Source: Eledone cirrhosa
Lineage: Eukaryota
NCBI GenBank assembly: GCA_964016885.1
Contig: OZ024740.1
Span: 335,606,001-335,670,000, forward strand
Length of the DNA: 64,000 bases
Direction: 5' to 3'
How positions within the stretch are numbered: the first letter of the stretch is position 1; each line of letters begins with the position of its first letter. Both the position numbers and the translations under genes were made by a program. The notes beneath the pieces are model-generated. The model searched no databases, had not been told where the DNA came from, and saw nothing but the letters and a program-made list of their open reading frames with translations. Positions 27,856 through 41,308 of this stretch are shown here, one piece after another.

Positions 27856-30800
27856 GGTCAGTTCGGACGTCTTTTTGCTCGCTTCCAGTAAGTTGCTTTA
27901 TTTACCGTTTTTAATTATTTGTTGTTTAATTGTTCTTGTTGTGGAAGGGGTATAAGCCATTGGAGTTTGTCCTGTGTAAAGTATAATATTTGGACCTTTT
28001 GGCCCAAATATTTGAACAATATTTGAACATTTCACTTTTAAAAATAAAAAAAACGTGGCTGAGCCTCGCCCCCACAGCAATATGTCTGCTCTCGTGTGAC
28101 AACGGCGTAAAAGTTAAGAGGAGGTTTACAGAAATTGATACAACAAAAAGCACCTCAAACAACGTGATCAAAGACAACAACACTAAGAACAGTAATTCTA
28201 AAAAAAAATACTACACCAACTACAACAATAACAGCGACAACCAAAATACAGACAACAGAAAAAAATGACAATAAATGCAACAACGATATTAACACCACTA
28301 ACAAGAAAATAAACAACGACAACACCAACAGCGCCAATACAAATTACACCGAAAACAACAACAACGGTGGCACCAAAAACACAACCCACTACAACAGTGA
28401 TAACAGCAACAATTCCAACAACACCGTTTGTAACAGTAGCAACAGCAACAGCACCAACAACAAGACCAGTAGCAGCAGTAGCGGTGCCGCTGAAAATGAG
28501 GCCACTTCTTTCGGGGAGATGGCAGTCGCAAGAGCCATGGTGACAAGAAATGACAATAGTTTCCTGAAACCTCCACCCAATTTCTTCAAAGACCAGCAGC
28601 TGCGCACAGTGACTTACCGCACCGTAAGCAAAATGTCGCATCGGGTGGAGATAGCCACGGAGGCTCAAATCCCAAAGACCTCGGGGTGCATCTGGGCGCG
28701 CAAAACCCACATCACTCGAGGCAAAAAGTACGCCACAGTAGACGTACTTTTCGCCACCCCCCAAGAGGCGAAGTCTCACTCTTTGGAAACCCTAGAGTCA
28801 GGCGATTGTGAGGGTCAAAGTGACCCAGGTCCCGCCCAACGTGCCCATACCTTGGCTGGCCGCGTCTGTACTCGCTGGAATCGAGGACAAGACAACCATA
28901 CTGTAAATACAGAGAATGGGAAGAGAGAACTGGTCAGGTATAGACATGCATATGCTAATACAAACTGACCAGGAGTGCATCGAGGCCATCCCAGATATCA
29001 TAGACATTGAGGAAGGAAGGCGCCCAAATTGCTATCTCTGTGTGCAAAAGGGTCACCTCAGGGCCTTCTGCTCGCAGAAGACAGTCAAGAAGAGGCCCCC
29101 CCACCTTCTTCCGACGCCTGATCCGCTGCTACCAAGAGCAGACCAGGCCACAGAGGCAGAAGATCCTTCCATGGTGAGTAGGGGGGCAACGTCCGTGGCA
29201 CCCATACCAAGTCCACGGACAACTAAAACAGCGGTTTCAGTGGCGGCAACACCAACAGTTGCAGTAGCTACATCAGTGGCAAAATCGCCGGAGCGGGCGC
29301 CACTACCACCACCAAGAGCCGTGGAGCTCATACCCCTCCAGGATGCCACGGAATCCGATATGGAGTATGCGGCGGGAGTGAAGTTGCAAGAGGTCTGCCA
29401 CAAAAAAACAAAACGAAAAAACCATTTATCTTCGCCCTCCAAAGGCGAAGACAAACAAAGAAGGGTAAAGGCTGTAAGGACACTTGCAGCAACACCACCA
29501 CCATCACCACCGCAAGAATCACCATCAACAACAACCACACCACCACCAGCATCACCAAAAAGACCAACATCGCAAACACAACAAACCACACACACCCAAC
29601 AGAAACAACAAGAAAACAGCAACAAAACCAGCCCTCCCACCAAAAAGTACAGTCATAAACATTGCACACCAAGGACTAATCTATATATATAAAACTGAGG
29701 TTGTCTGTCTGTCTACTAAAACCTTCGGCACACATCTCCTCTTAAACCGTACGTTCAAATTTCGGTGAAATTGCTACACTTATAGATGAATGTCCGGCGG
29801 AACCATCGGTCAAATAAATTTTCAAATAAGTTCTTGTTTTTCATTATGTCATCTTCTATATATATAAAACTGAGGTTGTCTGTCTGTCTACTAAAACCTT
29901 CGGCACACATCTCCTCTTAAACCGTACGTTCAAATTTCGGTGAAATTGCTACACTTATAGATGAAGGTCCGGCGGAACCATCGGTCAAATAAATTTTCAA
30001 ATAAGTTCTTGTTTTTGATTATGTCATCTATATATATAAAACTGAGGTTGTCTGTCTGTCTACTAAAACCTTCGGCACACATCTCCTCTTAAACCGTACG
30101 TTCAAATTTCGGTGAAATTGCTACACTTATAGATGAAGGTCCGGCGGAACCATCGGTCAAATAAATTTTCAAATAAGTTCTTGTTTTTGATTGTCATCTA
30201 TATATATAAAGCTGTGGTTGTCTGTCTGTCTATCGATTTTTGGCACATATCTCCTCTTAGAATCTCTGACGGAATTGCACCGAAATTGCTATACTTGTAC
30301 ATTGAGCCCTAGCGAAGACATCGGAAAAAACATATTTCAAATTGACCCACCCTATGTGACGAAATCGAATCTAATGTATCGATTTTTGAGCGTAAGTGAC
30401 GAGTTATTTCCCTTTGTTCTGTTTACATTGAGCGTCTTACGTTGTTTTTCTCTGCGTTGCAGTGTTTACATTTTCGATCTTTGTTAATAAATAACCAGTG
30501 CAGTTTTTATCCCCAGCATCCTCTTTTGTTATAACATTCGGGTTATCGTTATGTTTTCTTAACTTCATAAGGCATATTGTTGGTTGAGGGAATATTAATC
30601 AAAAACACCACATGCAAGTCTGCACAGTAGACACTACAGTTTTTAAGCCAAAAAAGAAACTTAACATTGTAACTTTAACACAGCTACTGAGCGACCCCGA
30701 GCAACGCCGGGCTTTACTGCTAGTGAAACATAAAACAACACTGCTGAACGACATCAGGTCACTAAACATAGATGTGGTGGCCATCAGCGAGACCTCAATC

Positions 30801-33800
30801 TCCGAAGCACGAGCCTTCGTACCGACCTTTGGCGGCTACGATGTATACGCATCTCCCAGCCGTCCAGGATCAGGGGAGGAGTTGGTGTGCTTTTTCTGAG
30901 AGGCTGGGATCTCGCCATACGGGTCATCTTCCTGGACCCAGAAGGTAAGTCGGTGGTGCTGGACGTGACCGGCAGCGAAGGCAATGCTTTCAGGTTAGGA
31001 GTCGTCTACAGGAGCAGGACGGACAGATTTCTAGAGACCTTTCTTGGAACGACCCGCTCTTTAGTGTTAGTGGGCGACTGGAACGGTATCTTAGATGCAC
31101 ACTGGGATTATGTGGGGCTGGTAGACAGGGCAGGAGGGTTTAAAATTCAACAACCTGCTCAGACGTTTTGAACTGTCTAACAGTTATAGATTGGATTATC
31201 CGAATGTGCCAATGTGGACTTGGGCAAACCGCATCGGGTCATCCAGATCGTATTTAGATAAGGTATTCTGTAGGGAAACAGATAAGGCAAGTGTAGGTTG
31301 TCCATATTTTAAAGTAGTCGACGACACGGACCACAAATTTGTGATTTGTGATGTTGACTTAGATAGACTCCATAGACAAGGGCCCGGTTACTGGAAGTTG
31401 AACGCGTCGTCCCGGCGCGCAAAGCTTACAGAGACCGGATTAGCGAATTAGTTAAGCGTGCGTTGACGGGTGCGATCGTCAACAACAGGTGGTGGTTTAC
31501 CCTGAAAAGGGCTATTAGAGTAGAATCGATAAGGTTTAGCTAAAAAGTAGTGATATAGGTAAATATATTAGAGGGAGAGCTAGTTAGAAAGCTAGAAGGG
31601 ACGTTTAGGACAGGCATCGCAACCGACGTGCTTGCGGCGAGATTGGCATACGACCAATACTTCAACGCAAAGCATGAAGGCTGCGTTGTCAGAGCTAGAG
31701 CGCTTGCTTTAAAACACGAGGGGACGAAATCCGTTCAATGGGCTCGTGTGGTGAAGGCAGACGTGGCAACAAGTCATCAATTCGGTCTTTGCCTGATCAA
31801 AACGGGCGCATGCTGCTCGAACCCGAGCAGATGTGTGCGGCTCTTCAACAGCACTTTGCTCAATTGGAGTATGGACTTCGGTGCATACCTCGACGGACTG
31901 ACGCGCCTCTAGACGACCCCATTGCAGTGCTGCGAAAAGCAGATAACAGCAGGTGAAATACGGGAAGCGATGTCTGCACGAGGGGTAAATCGCCAGGTTT
32001 GGATGGTTTGCCCTACGAGCTTTATACGTATATACCCGACTTGTCAGCGACCTCTTGGCAGATGTCTACTGCAACTAGCAGCAGAACTGGAGCATTCCCA
32101 GTTTTCTGAGAACGGGGAGCGGTGGTGCTGCTAAGAAAAGACCCGTACAAGGGGGACGTTATAGATAACTTCAGGCACACAACTCGGCTAATGCAGAGTT
32201 TAAGATTTTGGCCAAGGTGTTAGCAAAGAGATTGGCGCTTGTCGTCGGTGTATTCGTGGGAGAGGCGTATACCTGCGCCATTCTGGACAGATCCATCCAC
32301 GACAACCTCCATCTCATGCGATACATCATAGAGAGGATAGTTAAGGAACTTGGCACGGGTGGCACCCTGATCAACTTGGATTAATCTAAAGCATTTGATA
32401 GGGTACGGTCATCGAGGCGGCCGGCTTCGGGCCCGTTGTTAGGGGCTGGATCGCTACGATGCACAGCGACATCTGCTCGATTTTGTGAGGGTGAATGGTC
32501 ACCTGTCGCAGCCTTTCAGCATCATGCGCTCGGTCCGTCAGGGTTGCCCCCTCGTCCCTCTTGTACGTACTGGCCCTCGAGCCGTTACTGCACAAATTGG
32601 AGACGATGAGGGAGGTTCCACGCGAACTGAGATGCGGGAGATCCGTGTCAGCTCACACCGACGACGTCACCGTGGTGGTGTAGAACTCCAAACACGTCCA
32701 GATGCTCGGCACCGCTCTTAAGGAATACGGAGCGGTGACAGGAGCAAAGATAAACCAGAAAAAGTCGGTGGGCTTGCAACTAGGCACCTGGAGAGGAAAG
32801 TCCATGCCATCCGACAGCGTAGTTGGGCGATGGACGGAAGAACCGGATAAATTGCTCGCGGTCTGGTTCGGTCCGGATCTCCAGATGGAGAAAAACTGGA
32901 GCGAGGTGACGAGCAGAGTGGCCTCCCTCACCTAGAAATGGGCCGACAGGAGGCTATTTCTGTAAGGTTGGGCGAAGGTGGAAAATGCGTACATCGTTTC
33001 CGTCATCTGCTACCGCCTGACCGTCGTACTTTTCCCATCGCCCAACTCTGACCAAAATGGAGCGGCTTCTATTCCGCTTTTTGTGAAAGGGACGTGCAAC
33101 CGTGGTCAGATGATCAATTAGCTGTCAACACGCGTTGCGTAGAGGACTAGGCATGCCGTGGCTGATGATGCGCAAACATGCGCTGAGACTGCAACATCTC
33201 TAGTGCTTCCTTGGCGGTGAACAGGTGTGGTCGCAGTTTGTCAGACGCGCTTTTCCCCAGCTCGTCTCCTTGACGGAGCTGCAGTCCTGGATCATGAAAA
33301 GACCGAGGGATAGCGCTTGGAAGCTGGAATGTCTCCAAGCGCTCACCGCCTTCTAACGACTGGGCACTAGTATCGGTGAAACATCCACCTCGGCGTTCTA
33401 TAGAGGGCTAGTGGAGGGAAAGAGCGACGACGTTCTCGGGGAGACCCTGGGCGTCGAAGACGTTCAGCTGTTCGCTCTCTTCAAGAGAAATTTCAGACCG
33501 GAGCCTATGGACAACTTCCAGAAATCCCTGGCCTGGCAGTGCTACCGCTTCGGGATAAGCTCTACAAGCACGGGGGTACTGTCAGCCGAGCCTGTCCGAG
33601 ATGCGTGCAGGGCGATGAAACCATCATGCACGCATTCGTTCAGTGTCCGAGGATTGTTGATTTGTGGAGCTATGTCGAACAGCTGCTGTCGCGTGTAGGA
33701 CGGAACCGGTTATCGACTGAGTCCATTGTGCAGATAGCCCCGCCATCCTCCTTTAAAGAGGAGGAAGGGTAGGCAGTTTTCATCTGCCTGGTGGCCATGG

Positions 33801-34275
33801 CCAAAGAAATTGTGTGGTGGACAAGATTGAAAGGGTTGAAGACGGACACTTTCCTCTCCGGCCAATCCTTGATTAACTTTTTCAAGTTTCACTTGAAGAG
33901 GAAAATCAGGGTGGAGAGGCAAGTGCTGTCTTCTAGTAAGTTTGTTGAAAGGTGGGTGAAAGTGGCGAGTCTGGTACGAGTGAACGGGCCCGCTCTGAGC
34001 ATACGCCTGTAGACTGAGGAGTGGGAAAAGTGAGAGAGGGCGCTTGCCCTGGTGGTCAGGGTGGCCGTGGTCTTTTGTGTGGTTTTCACCACGAGTGATA
34101 CTCGGAGGTTTCCCCCTTCTTGGGGAATTTTTATTGTTTGATTTCTTTTGGATTTGTAGCCCGATTTTGTTATAATCCGTTTACACGACCAAAACCCACT
34201 TTGTATCGTTCTGTTATGTTTTGTGCCGTCTCTAATGTTTTTCTTCGTGTCAGCCCTTGTGGCCAATATAGAAAC

Positions 34276-34276
<1 letters not shown>
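27856..34276 (+). mobile_element. Tx1/L1-clade LINE (copy B), degenerate, interrupted by a Helitron
   Basis: Colinear with copy A (RKTHITRGKKYATVDV, CYLCVQKGHLRAFC, LVGDWNG, HTDD, CPRC). Ends at (ATT)n 34277-34306. Internal deletion at the ORF1/ORF2 junction. Confidence 0.9.
29680..30723 (+). mobile_element. non-autonomous Helitron with tandem 5' ends
   Basis: Inserted at A|T. Starts TCTATATATATAAA and ends with hairpin cccgagcaacgccggg plus CTAG. The 5' unit recurs at 29680, 29855, 30027 and 30197. Confidence 0.85.
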
Positions 34277-34306
<30 letters not shown>

Positions 34307-34308
<2 letters not shown>

Positions 34309-35136
34309 AGGAGTACAGAGTCATCATATTTCCCGTTAGATCAGATTTCAAAATGCCAGGTGAAAGGCAGAGATAACTTAGTGCGATCAGAAATGAAGGC
34401 ACAATTTACAATAGCCAGAACTAAACTTAAAAAGATTCTAGAACAGCATAGTAGAAAACAGAATAAAATGGATGCCCAGCAACTGGAGGAAAATCTGCAA
34501 ATGTCTTGCGTAAACTCATGCAGCGCTCACGAAATGGAGAGAGTGTATGGTTTCCAAAAGATAAGTCTGGCAGAATGTCAGTGGACAACCTGCCAAACTA
34601 TATCCAGGCAATGCAACTCCACATCATCAACACAAGAGCATGAGGAAAGGGAAAAAACCCTCAACGCTCATATGATGATGTGGATTAGCATAATGCAGCC
34701 TAATAAACGGATTGTCAACAACATCCAGGCCTGAAACAACAACGTACCAACTCTGTATGGGCTTCGCAAAGACCACAAGGCAAATAGTGACCCAGTCACA
34801 GGACCACTAACACGACCAGTCTGTGGAGCTAGCACTACAGGCTCTCCAACTTTCTCTCAATTGTCCCCAGTTATATGCGACAGTAAGGAGGACCTCCTCG
34901 TCACAATCGGCGAATGTAACCTGTCCAGGGACCTAACAGGCTGTACAATACTTAACATGGATGTAGTGTCCCTATACCCATCCACAGACGTTGATTTTGC
35001 TGTGGAAAAATGATCAGCGAGAGCAATGTGGAATTCCATGGGATTGATACCAGTGAGCTGGGACTCCTACTTAAACTCACACCACAATAAGGAGTATTTA
35101 GACACACATGGTCACAGCAGCCTTTGTCCCACACGG
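34307..35136 (+). pseudogene. Penelope-like RT N-terminal fragment
   Basis: Manual translation: VPTLYGLRKDHK..GPLTRPVCGA, RLSNFLS, CDSKEDLL..I..CN, MDVVSLYPS. Contains stops and frameshifts. Confidence 0.7.
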
Positions 35137-38100
35137 TCAGAAAGAGGCAGCCCTTGTAAACTTTTCGTATTCCTCCAGTAAGGTGCCGATCACCCCGATT
35201 TCCGAGGCGGTTGACACTATTACTGTCACGTCATCGGCGTAGGCCGCCACCGCCTTCCGCAATCCCGGTTCCAAAGGGATGCCCTGTAACAACTCCAACT
35301 TCCGCTCTCGGGCCAATACATACAGAAGGGAGGAGAGAGGGCATCCCTGTTGGATGGACCGCGTGATTTCGAACGGCTCCGTGAGGTAGCCGTTCACCTT
35401 GACCCTAGAGCAGATGTGGCTGCTGTGCATGGCAGTGATCCAGCCCCTGAAAACGGGTTCCGCAACCTGCGGCCATTAGCACCGGATCCAGGTAACGATG
35501 GTCGACCCTATCGAACGCCTTAGATTGATCCAAGTTGATCAGGGCCCCACCAAAGCCGGGTTCGTTCCCAACCCTCTCTATGATGTATCGCATGAGGTGG
35601 AGATTGTCGTGAATGGACCTGGACGGGATGGCGCATGTCTGCGCATCTCCCACCAGGTTGCCCACGACAAGCGCCAAACTCTTTGCTAACACCTTGGCCA
35701 ATATCTTTAACTCTGCATTTAGCAGAGTTATGGGCCTGAAATTACTTATTTCATCCCCCTTGTTCTCGTCCTTCCTCACTAACGAGACTACGCCCTTGGT
35801 CACAGAACAGGGAATTATCTCGTTCTGTTGCCAGTTGCAGTAGACCGCCTCGAGGAGATCGAAGAACAAGTCCCGCATACTTAAATACAGTTCGTATGTA
35901 AGACTATCGAGGCCCGGAGATTTGCGTCTGCCGCATTGGCTCAGCACGTCCCCTATTTCAGCAGCTGAGATCGGCCTCTCGCAGGACTTCGTCTCCTCGT
36001 CCGAAAGACGCGGCAGGCCGTCGAGGTATGGAACGAAGTCCACATCCCCATCCGCCCTCTCGCCCCTTCCGAACAATCGAGCAAAGTGCCTTTGAAAGGC
36101 CTCGCACATCTGCTTAGGTTCAAGGATCACCCGCCCATCCTGGTCTAGCAAAGACCAGATAGTGGATCTAATCCCACTTTTGGCTTCTGTCACACGGGCC
36201 CAGCTAACAGCTTTGGTCCCCTCGTTTACCAGAGCACGTATTTTGCATCGGACGATGCAGCCTTCGTGTTTCGCGTCGAAGAACTGGCCCAATGCCGTTC
36301 TCGACGCTAGCACTTTGGCTACGTCGCCGCTTCTAATTGCCTCTTCTATACTATCTACCAATTCCCTTTTCTTCCTATTTCTATTGAGGCTAACTCCTTA
36401 CTAGCTTCTATTGAAGCTACTCTAATCTCTCTTTTGAGATAGCCCCACCACCTGCTGTTGACGATGGCGCCCGTCAACCGCTCCTTAACTAAAGTACTAA
36501 TCCGGTCCCTGTAAGCTCTACTTGCCGGTAAGGACAAGTTGAGCTTCCAGTAACCAGGTTCCTGTCTATGCGTTCTATCAAGATTGACCATGGAGGTCAC
36601 TAACTTGTGGTCTCAATAGCCAACCATGAGCATTTCTGGACAACTTAAAAAGTCCCTATACTTATTTCTAACTAAGAATCTATCTAGGTACGATCTAAAT
36701 TGACCGCTATGGTTTGTCCAAGTCCAGGTTGGCACAGTCGGAAAATCTAGTCGATATCTATCGGCCAGGTCGAATCGGCTGATTAACCCCTTGAGGCTGT
36801 AACAACCCCCTCTATCAGGACAGGCCCCTACATAGTCCCAACGTGCATCTAGGATACCATTCCAGTCCCCCACTAAAAGCAAGGAGCGGGACGTCCCTAG
36901 AAAAGTCTCCAGACGATGGAAGAAGTCCGGCCGCGTTGACCCAAAAGGGCCGTAGACGGCGACTAGCCTAAAAGCTCCGCCTTCACCACTGCCAAGGTCC
37001 AGAACCACTAGTCGACCCTCCGGGTCCAAGTGTACCGTCTGTGTAGCGAGACCCAGATGTTTTTGCAGCATAACGACAACCCCACCCCCACCACCGGGCT
37101 GACAGAGAGATGCGTGCATCTCAAAGTCATCAAAGGGGGGGGGGGCAGCTGTCTCACGCTGCTGATCCGGGCCTCGCAAATAACCATCACATCTATACAT
37201 CGTGACCTGAGGTCATTTAGAAGCATTGCTTGCTTCCAAGTTGAGCCCAGGCCACGCGCATTTAGACAACCTACTCTCAACATAGCCATGTTGGTGGTAA
37301 AGAGAAAAGGCACTTACCTCGCTGCGTCCCGGGGACTGGGCCGCATAATTTCCATGGGGGTGAGGGATAGGTTGTTGGGTGGTGTGGTGGTTTGTGGAAG
37401 TGTAGGGGCATCAGTGTGTGGTGGGGTTGGGGTGTTTGGAGTCATGTGGGTGACTGGGGTGGAGTGGGGGGGATTTTTAGGAGGACACGGTTAATGGGTC
37501 TGACGCAGGAGAGCCCCACGTCCTCTTTAAAGGTGTCTTTTAACGTTTTGTAAATGTCCATTGGGGCTTTTATCATTTTTAGATGGGGAAGCCCCGTTGC
37601 TTGTGCGAAATTCGAACTTTTGGTTTTTATTAAGTTGTTATTATAAATAACGTTTAACAGTTTTTTTGTTTATTGTGTTTATGTAAGTGTATGCATATTT
37701 TTCTTTTTGTGTGATGTTTTTTGTTTGCTGTGGCTGTGTGTTTTTTGTGTTGATGTCTGTATTATGTATTGAGGAGGGGTTGTTTGTAATTGTGTTTCTG
37801 TGGTGTGTTTTCTTTTTTTTCTTTTAACTTTATGAAAGTGTCCCCACCCCTCGTCTGACGACGAAAGGGGGTTGTCTTCCGTATTCGAGGGGAGGGGTAC
37901 ATTTTCGGCTCGTGTTTGTGGTGTGGTTGTTATTGTATTTGTTTTCTGTGTGGGGAGAATGGGGGGATTGTTTTCAGTTGTGTTTTAACTTGTGGTGTTA
38001 GTTGTTTTTGTTGTGGTGGTGGTGGTGGTGGTGGTGGTGTTGGTAGTGTTGCAGTTGCTGGTGTGGGCAAAATCGGTGTTTTTTTTTGTTTGCTTGGGAA

Positions 38101-39430
38101 CAGGCAGCGCTCAGGTGACCTCTGCTACCACAGAGGTAACAAGAGGGTCGTCTACCCTCCACTGTGATGTGTAAGTAGGCAAGCCCATCCAGCAATATGC
38201 GGTCGGGGATCCTAGCAATTCGTTCTGGCTGCATTTGCACCAGAACTTGCAGGCTAGTTCCACCGAACACATTGCTGGAAGACTTACCTACCGAAATTAC
38301 TGCATCCTCTTTCAAGTCGTGAAGGCCACAGAGTACCGCCCAGAAATCAATATCTGGATCGATACTGTGTATGGTCAATCTTTGCGTTCTTCTTCCCAAA
38401 TAAGTGGGGAAGAATGTAAATAAGGGGGACACAATTGGGACCAGGGAATGTTTTTCGGCCGTCAATTTATCTTTCATTCCGATGGATAGACTACCGTAGA
38501 GTCTATCCTTCTGAATGAATACAATGTTTTTCAGATGGTCTTTTAAAGCCAGTTCAATCTCTATCTGTGTGAGTTGTACTGGCTAGGGGTTTTGTTGGAT
38601 ATTGTCCTATAAATAATAGTTTTTAAGCTATTTTCCTTTTTTAGCTCTGGGGGAGAACTTAAAGAAAATAGACCATTCTCCTCCAAAGTTACATACTTCT
38701 GTGAATTTTCCATTTGCTGGGCCATGTTCGAAATGTTAATAGGTTCATAAACAATGTTTTTTTCGGGTAGTTTGAGCGAACGTCATTTTGTTCGTCCCCT
38801 CTTGGTTTACATTTGTCGAAATGTGGTTGTTTTCTTGTTTTTTGTTGTTACAATTTTCATTTTTTGTTGTGTTTGTGTTATTTATATTGGTGTATGCGTT
38901 CATATGTTTTTCCCCGTTGGGGTTAGACTCCATTTTTTCAAAATGTTCACTTATATTTTCAGTATCCAAGAGACTTGTAGTCACAGCTACTACTTCTCTT
39001 TCACCTTTTCTGGTGGGCGTGGCACCGTGAAAAGTCGAAACGGCATCCATTAATTTTGGCAATTTCTCCATGTCAATTTTTTTCACATTCTTTTCATTGG
39101 GGTTAGGCTCCATTTTTTCAATGTTTCTAATAATCATTATTCTTTCAGTAGAGAGGCTTGTTGCCTCAGATACCCGCTCTCCTTCGGTTTGTTTAGTGGG
39201 CGTGTCATCGTTACACGTGGTAATGGCTTCCATTACCACTGGCGTAGAGACAATCACAAGATTTTTAGGATGAAAAATTTCACCCCAAAAGGGGTGAAAT
39301 AAATTAACCCTAATGTCTGTAGACCCAGGCAAGGGGGTTAATTAACACAATAACGCAAGAATACAGACAAACACTTACTGTTAACACGTAATATCTCCAA
39401 TACTCGAGCAGCCGATGTGAAGAACGTCTA
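35137..39430 (-). mobile_element. Tx1/L1-clade LINE (copy C), diverged, 3' part missing after the RT YADD region
   Basis: ORF1 remnant with CYLCGSRGHLSAAC (~37314-39233). ORF2 from the ATG at 37289: CLNARGL, LVGDWN, KSPGLD, QSKAFDRV, QGCPLS, YADD. Confidence 0.9.
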
Positions 39431-39461
39431 TACCATCCAGAGATAGATAGATAGATAGGAT

Positions 39462-39513
39462 CCAGTTGTCGAAACGGCCTCAGCTCAGCCGTCGGAATCC
39501 TGACTCTTTTCCT
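39462..39513 (+). mobile_element. fragment of the HHR-half element family (see 43074 and 46230)
   Basis: gtcGAAACggcctcagctcagccGTCgg..ttcctat followed by (TA)n. Confidence 0.65.
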
Positions 39514-39526
39514 ATATATATATATA

Positions 39527-39671
39527 CTAGCAGAATGGCCCGGCATTGCTCGGGAATTGCTCTAGGGTTCTTATATATTTGATATATATTTATCCTTATC
39601 GAGCCTCGTGAAATAGTATGTTTGTTTATATTTTGTTATTCTGTATACAAAAATATCTGGACACGAATATA

Positions 39672-39675
<4 letters not shown>
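39527..39675 (-). mobile_element. Helitron 3' end
   Basis: Minus strand cccgagcaatgccgggccattctgCTAGt, similar to the terminus at 30695-30724. Confidence 0.65.
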
Positions 39676-39713
<38 letters not shown>

Positions 39714-39721
<8 letters not shown>

Positions 39722-40082
39722 TTAAAAGAATGAAATAAAAATTCAAGTCATTAGAAATATACTTCACTGCTTTACGATCGTTTCTAGGTGATGATAATAC
39801 ATCGTAACCATACTTCGTTACTAACCTTACATAGATCGATAAATAACGAAGTATGGTTACGATGTATTATCATCACCTAGAAACGATCGTAAAGCAGTCA
39901 AGTATATTTCTAATGACTTGAATTTTTATTTCATTGTTTTAACTTATATCATGACTCTGTTTTCCTTTTAATGTTTTATTGTTTTCCGGGATTTATTTTA
40001 ACCTACAACATTTTCAACATATGGATTACATTGAGTTCTTCATGCAGATTAGACCCCAGGACTTACTGTTGATATCTCTGTG
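39714..40082 (+). mobile_element. fold-back palindromic element with a 3' half-hammerhead, in (TA)n
   Basis: ~106-bp arms at 39714-39820 and 39844-39949. GAAAC-GATC-GTA at 39880-39891. Unique tail to ~40082. Confidence 0.75.
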
Positions 40083-40217
40083 TATATATATATATATTAA
40101 AATAACAGATTAAAGTTTAAGGAAAGAATCGCTGCTTTCACCTTTAACGAGATCTTCTGAAACTAAAAAAATCAATCTGTGAATACAAAAGTAAATATTT
40201 GGAAAACCGTTACACAC

Positions 40218-40289
<72 letters not shown>

Positions 40290-40307
40290 CATACACACTA
40301 TATATAC

Positions 40308-40360
<53 letters not shown>

Positions 40361-40429
40361 GTCGTCATAATGTCGTAATGCATACAGACAGATATTATAA
40401 GGGCGTAATGTTATATCTATGTATCTATC

Positions 40430-40613
40430 TAAAAAGTGAGATCGCTAAATCGCCTAATGCGGTCGCAAGCGCATTGAAAATTTGAAGTTCTTTTGGCTCA
40501 AAACACTCACAGGACCATAAGTATTACATGTGTAAAGTTTGAAAACAATCAGTTGGGTGGTTCTCGAGTTTTAATGAGCGGACAGACTGACATTCTCTGT
40601 TTTAGATATGTAG
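40430..40613 (-). mobile_element. Helitron-like 5' end fragment
   Basis: Minus strand begins tctacatatctaaaac..gtcagtctgtcc..aaaactcgagaac..gattgttttcaaacttt. Confidence 0.45.
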
Positions 40614-40643
40614 ATATATATGCGTGTGTGTGTGTATAACATT

Positions 40644-40913
40644 ATAAGTTTGAAGAATAGTCAGACAACATTTATCCAATTTTTTCTTCTTAGTCCGTAG
40701 AAATTAACTAGATAAATAATCATTTAAACGGAACCAAGTTTAAAATGTAACTTTGAAGAAAAACAGATAAATGTTATCGATATTTCTTTATGAGAAACAG
40801 TCAGATAAAATTTACCTAATCTTTCCTCTTAGTCTGTCGAAATTAACTAGACAAATAATCATTTAAACGGAGCCGAGTATAAAATATAAGTTTGAAGAAA
40901 AAAAAAAGATAAA
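40644..40913. repeat. diverged ~140-bp tandem duplication
   Basis: gaaattaactaga-aaataatcatttaaacgga occurs at ~40700 and ~40839. Confidence 0.8.
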
Positions 40914-41194
40914 TATATACATATACTCTCACGTCCCAAATAATAGAGGGGGAAATAAGTGGGGGGAATGTGGCATAAGCGGTGGGGTTGGAAAATCAGT
41001 ATATTTTCTAGGTTGTCTCCGTTAATTTTTTTTAAAACCAGAAATAGTCTTTTAGCTTACGTATTGAGATCCCAACACATCCTATTTATTCTAATACAAT
41101 TTTGTGGGAGATAGATTGGCAATATGTAATAAGGAAGGTTGGGGTTGGAATATGAACAGGTGGAGGCGTTTATTCGAGAAGCAACTGTATATAT

Positions 41195-41246
41195 ATAGTT
41201 AATTTATTTGGCAATCAACTTTAAACGGTTAAAAATACAAATGTAA

Positions 41247-41308
<62 letters not shown>

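Noticed and set aside
22088-29672. Antisense ORFs over LINE ORF1 and ORF2
   Set aside because: Shadow frames of low-complexity, GC-richer LINE coding sequence.
29680-30200. Regularly spaced repeats suggesting a CRISPR array
   Set aside because: Whole ~172-bp units repeat with no unique spacers, there are no cas genes, and Helitron termini explain them.
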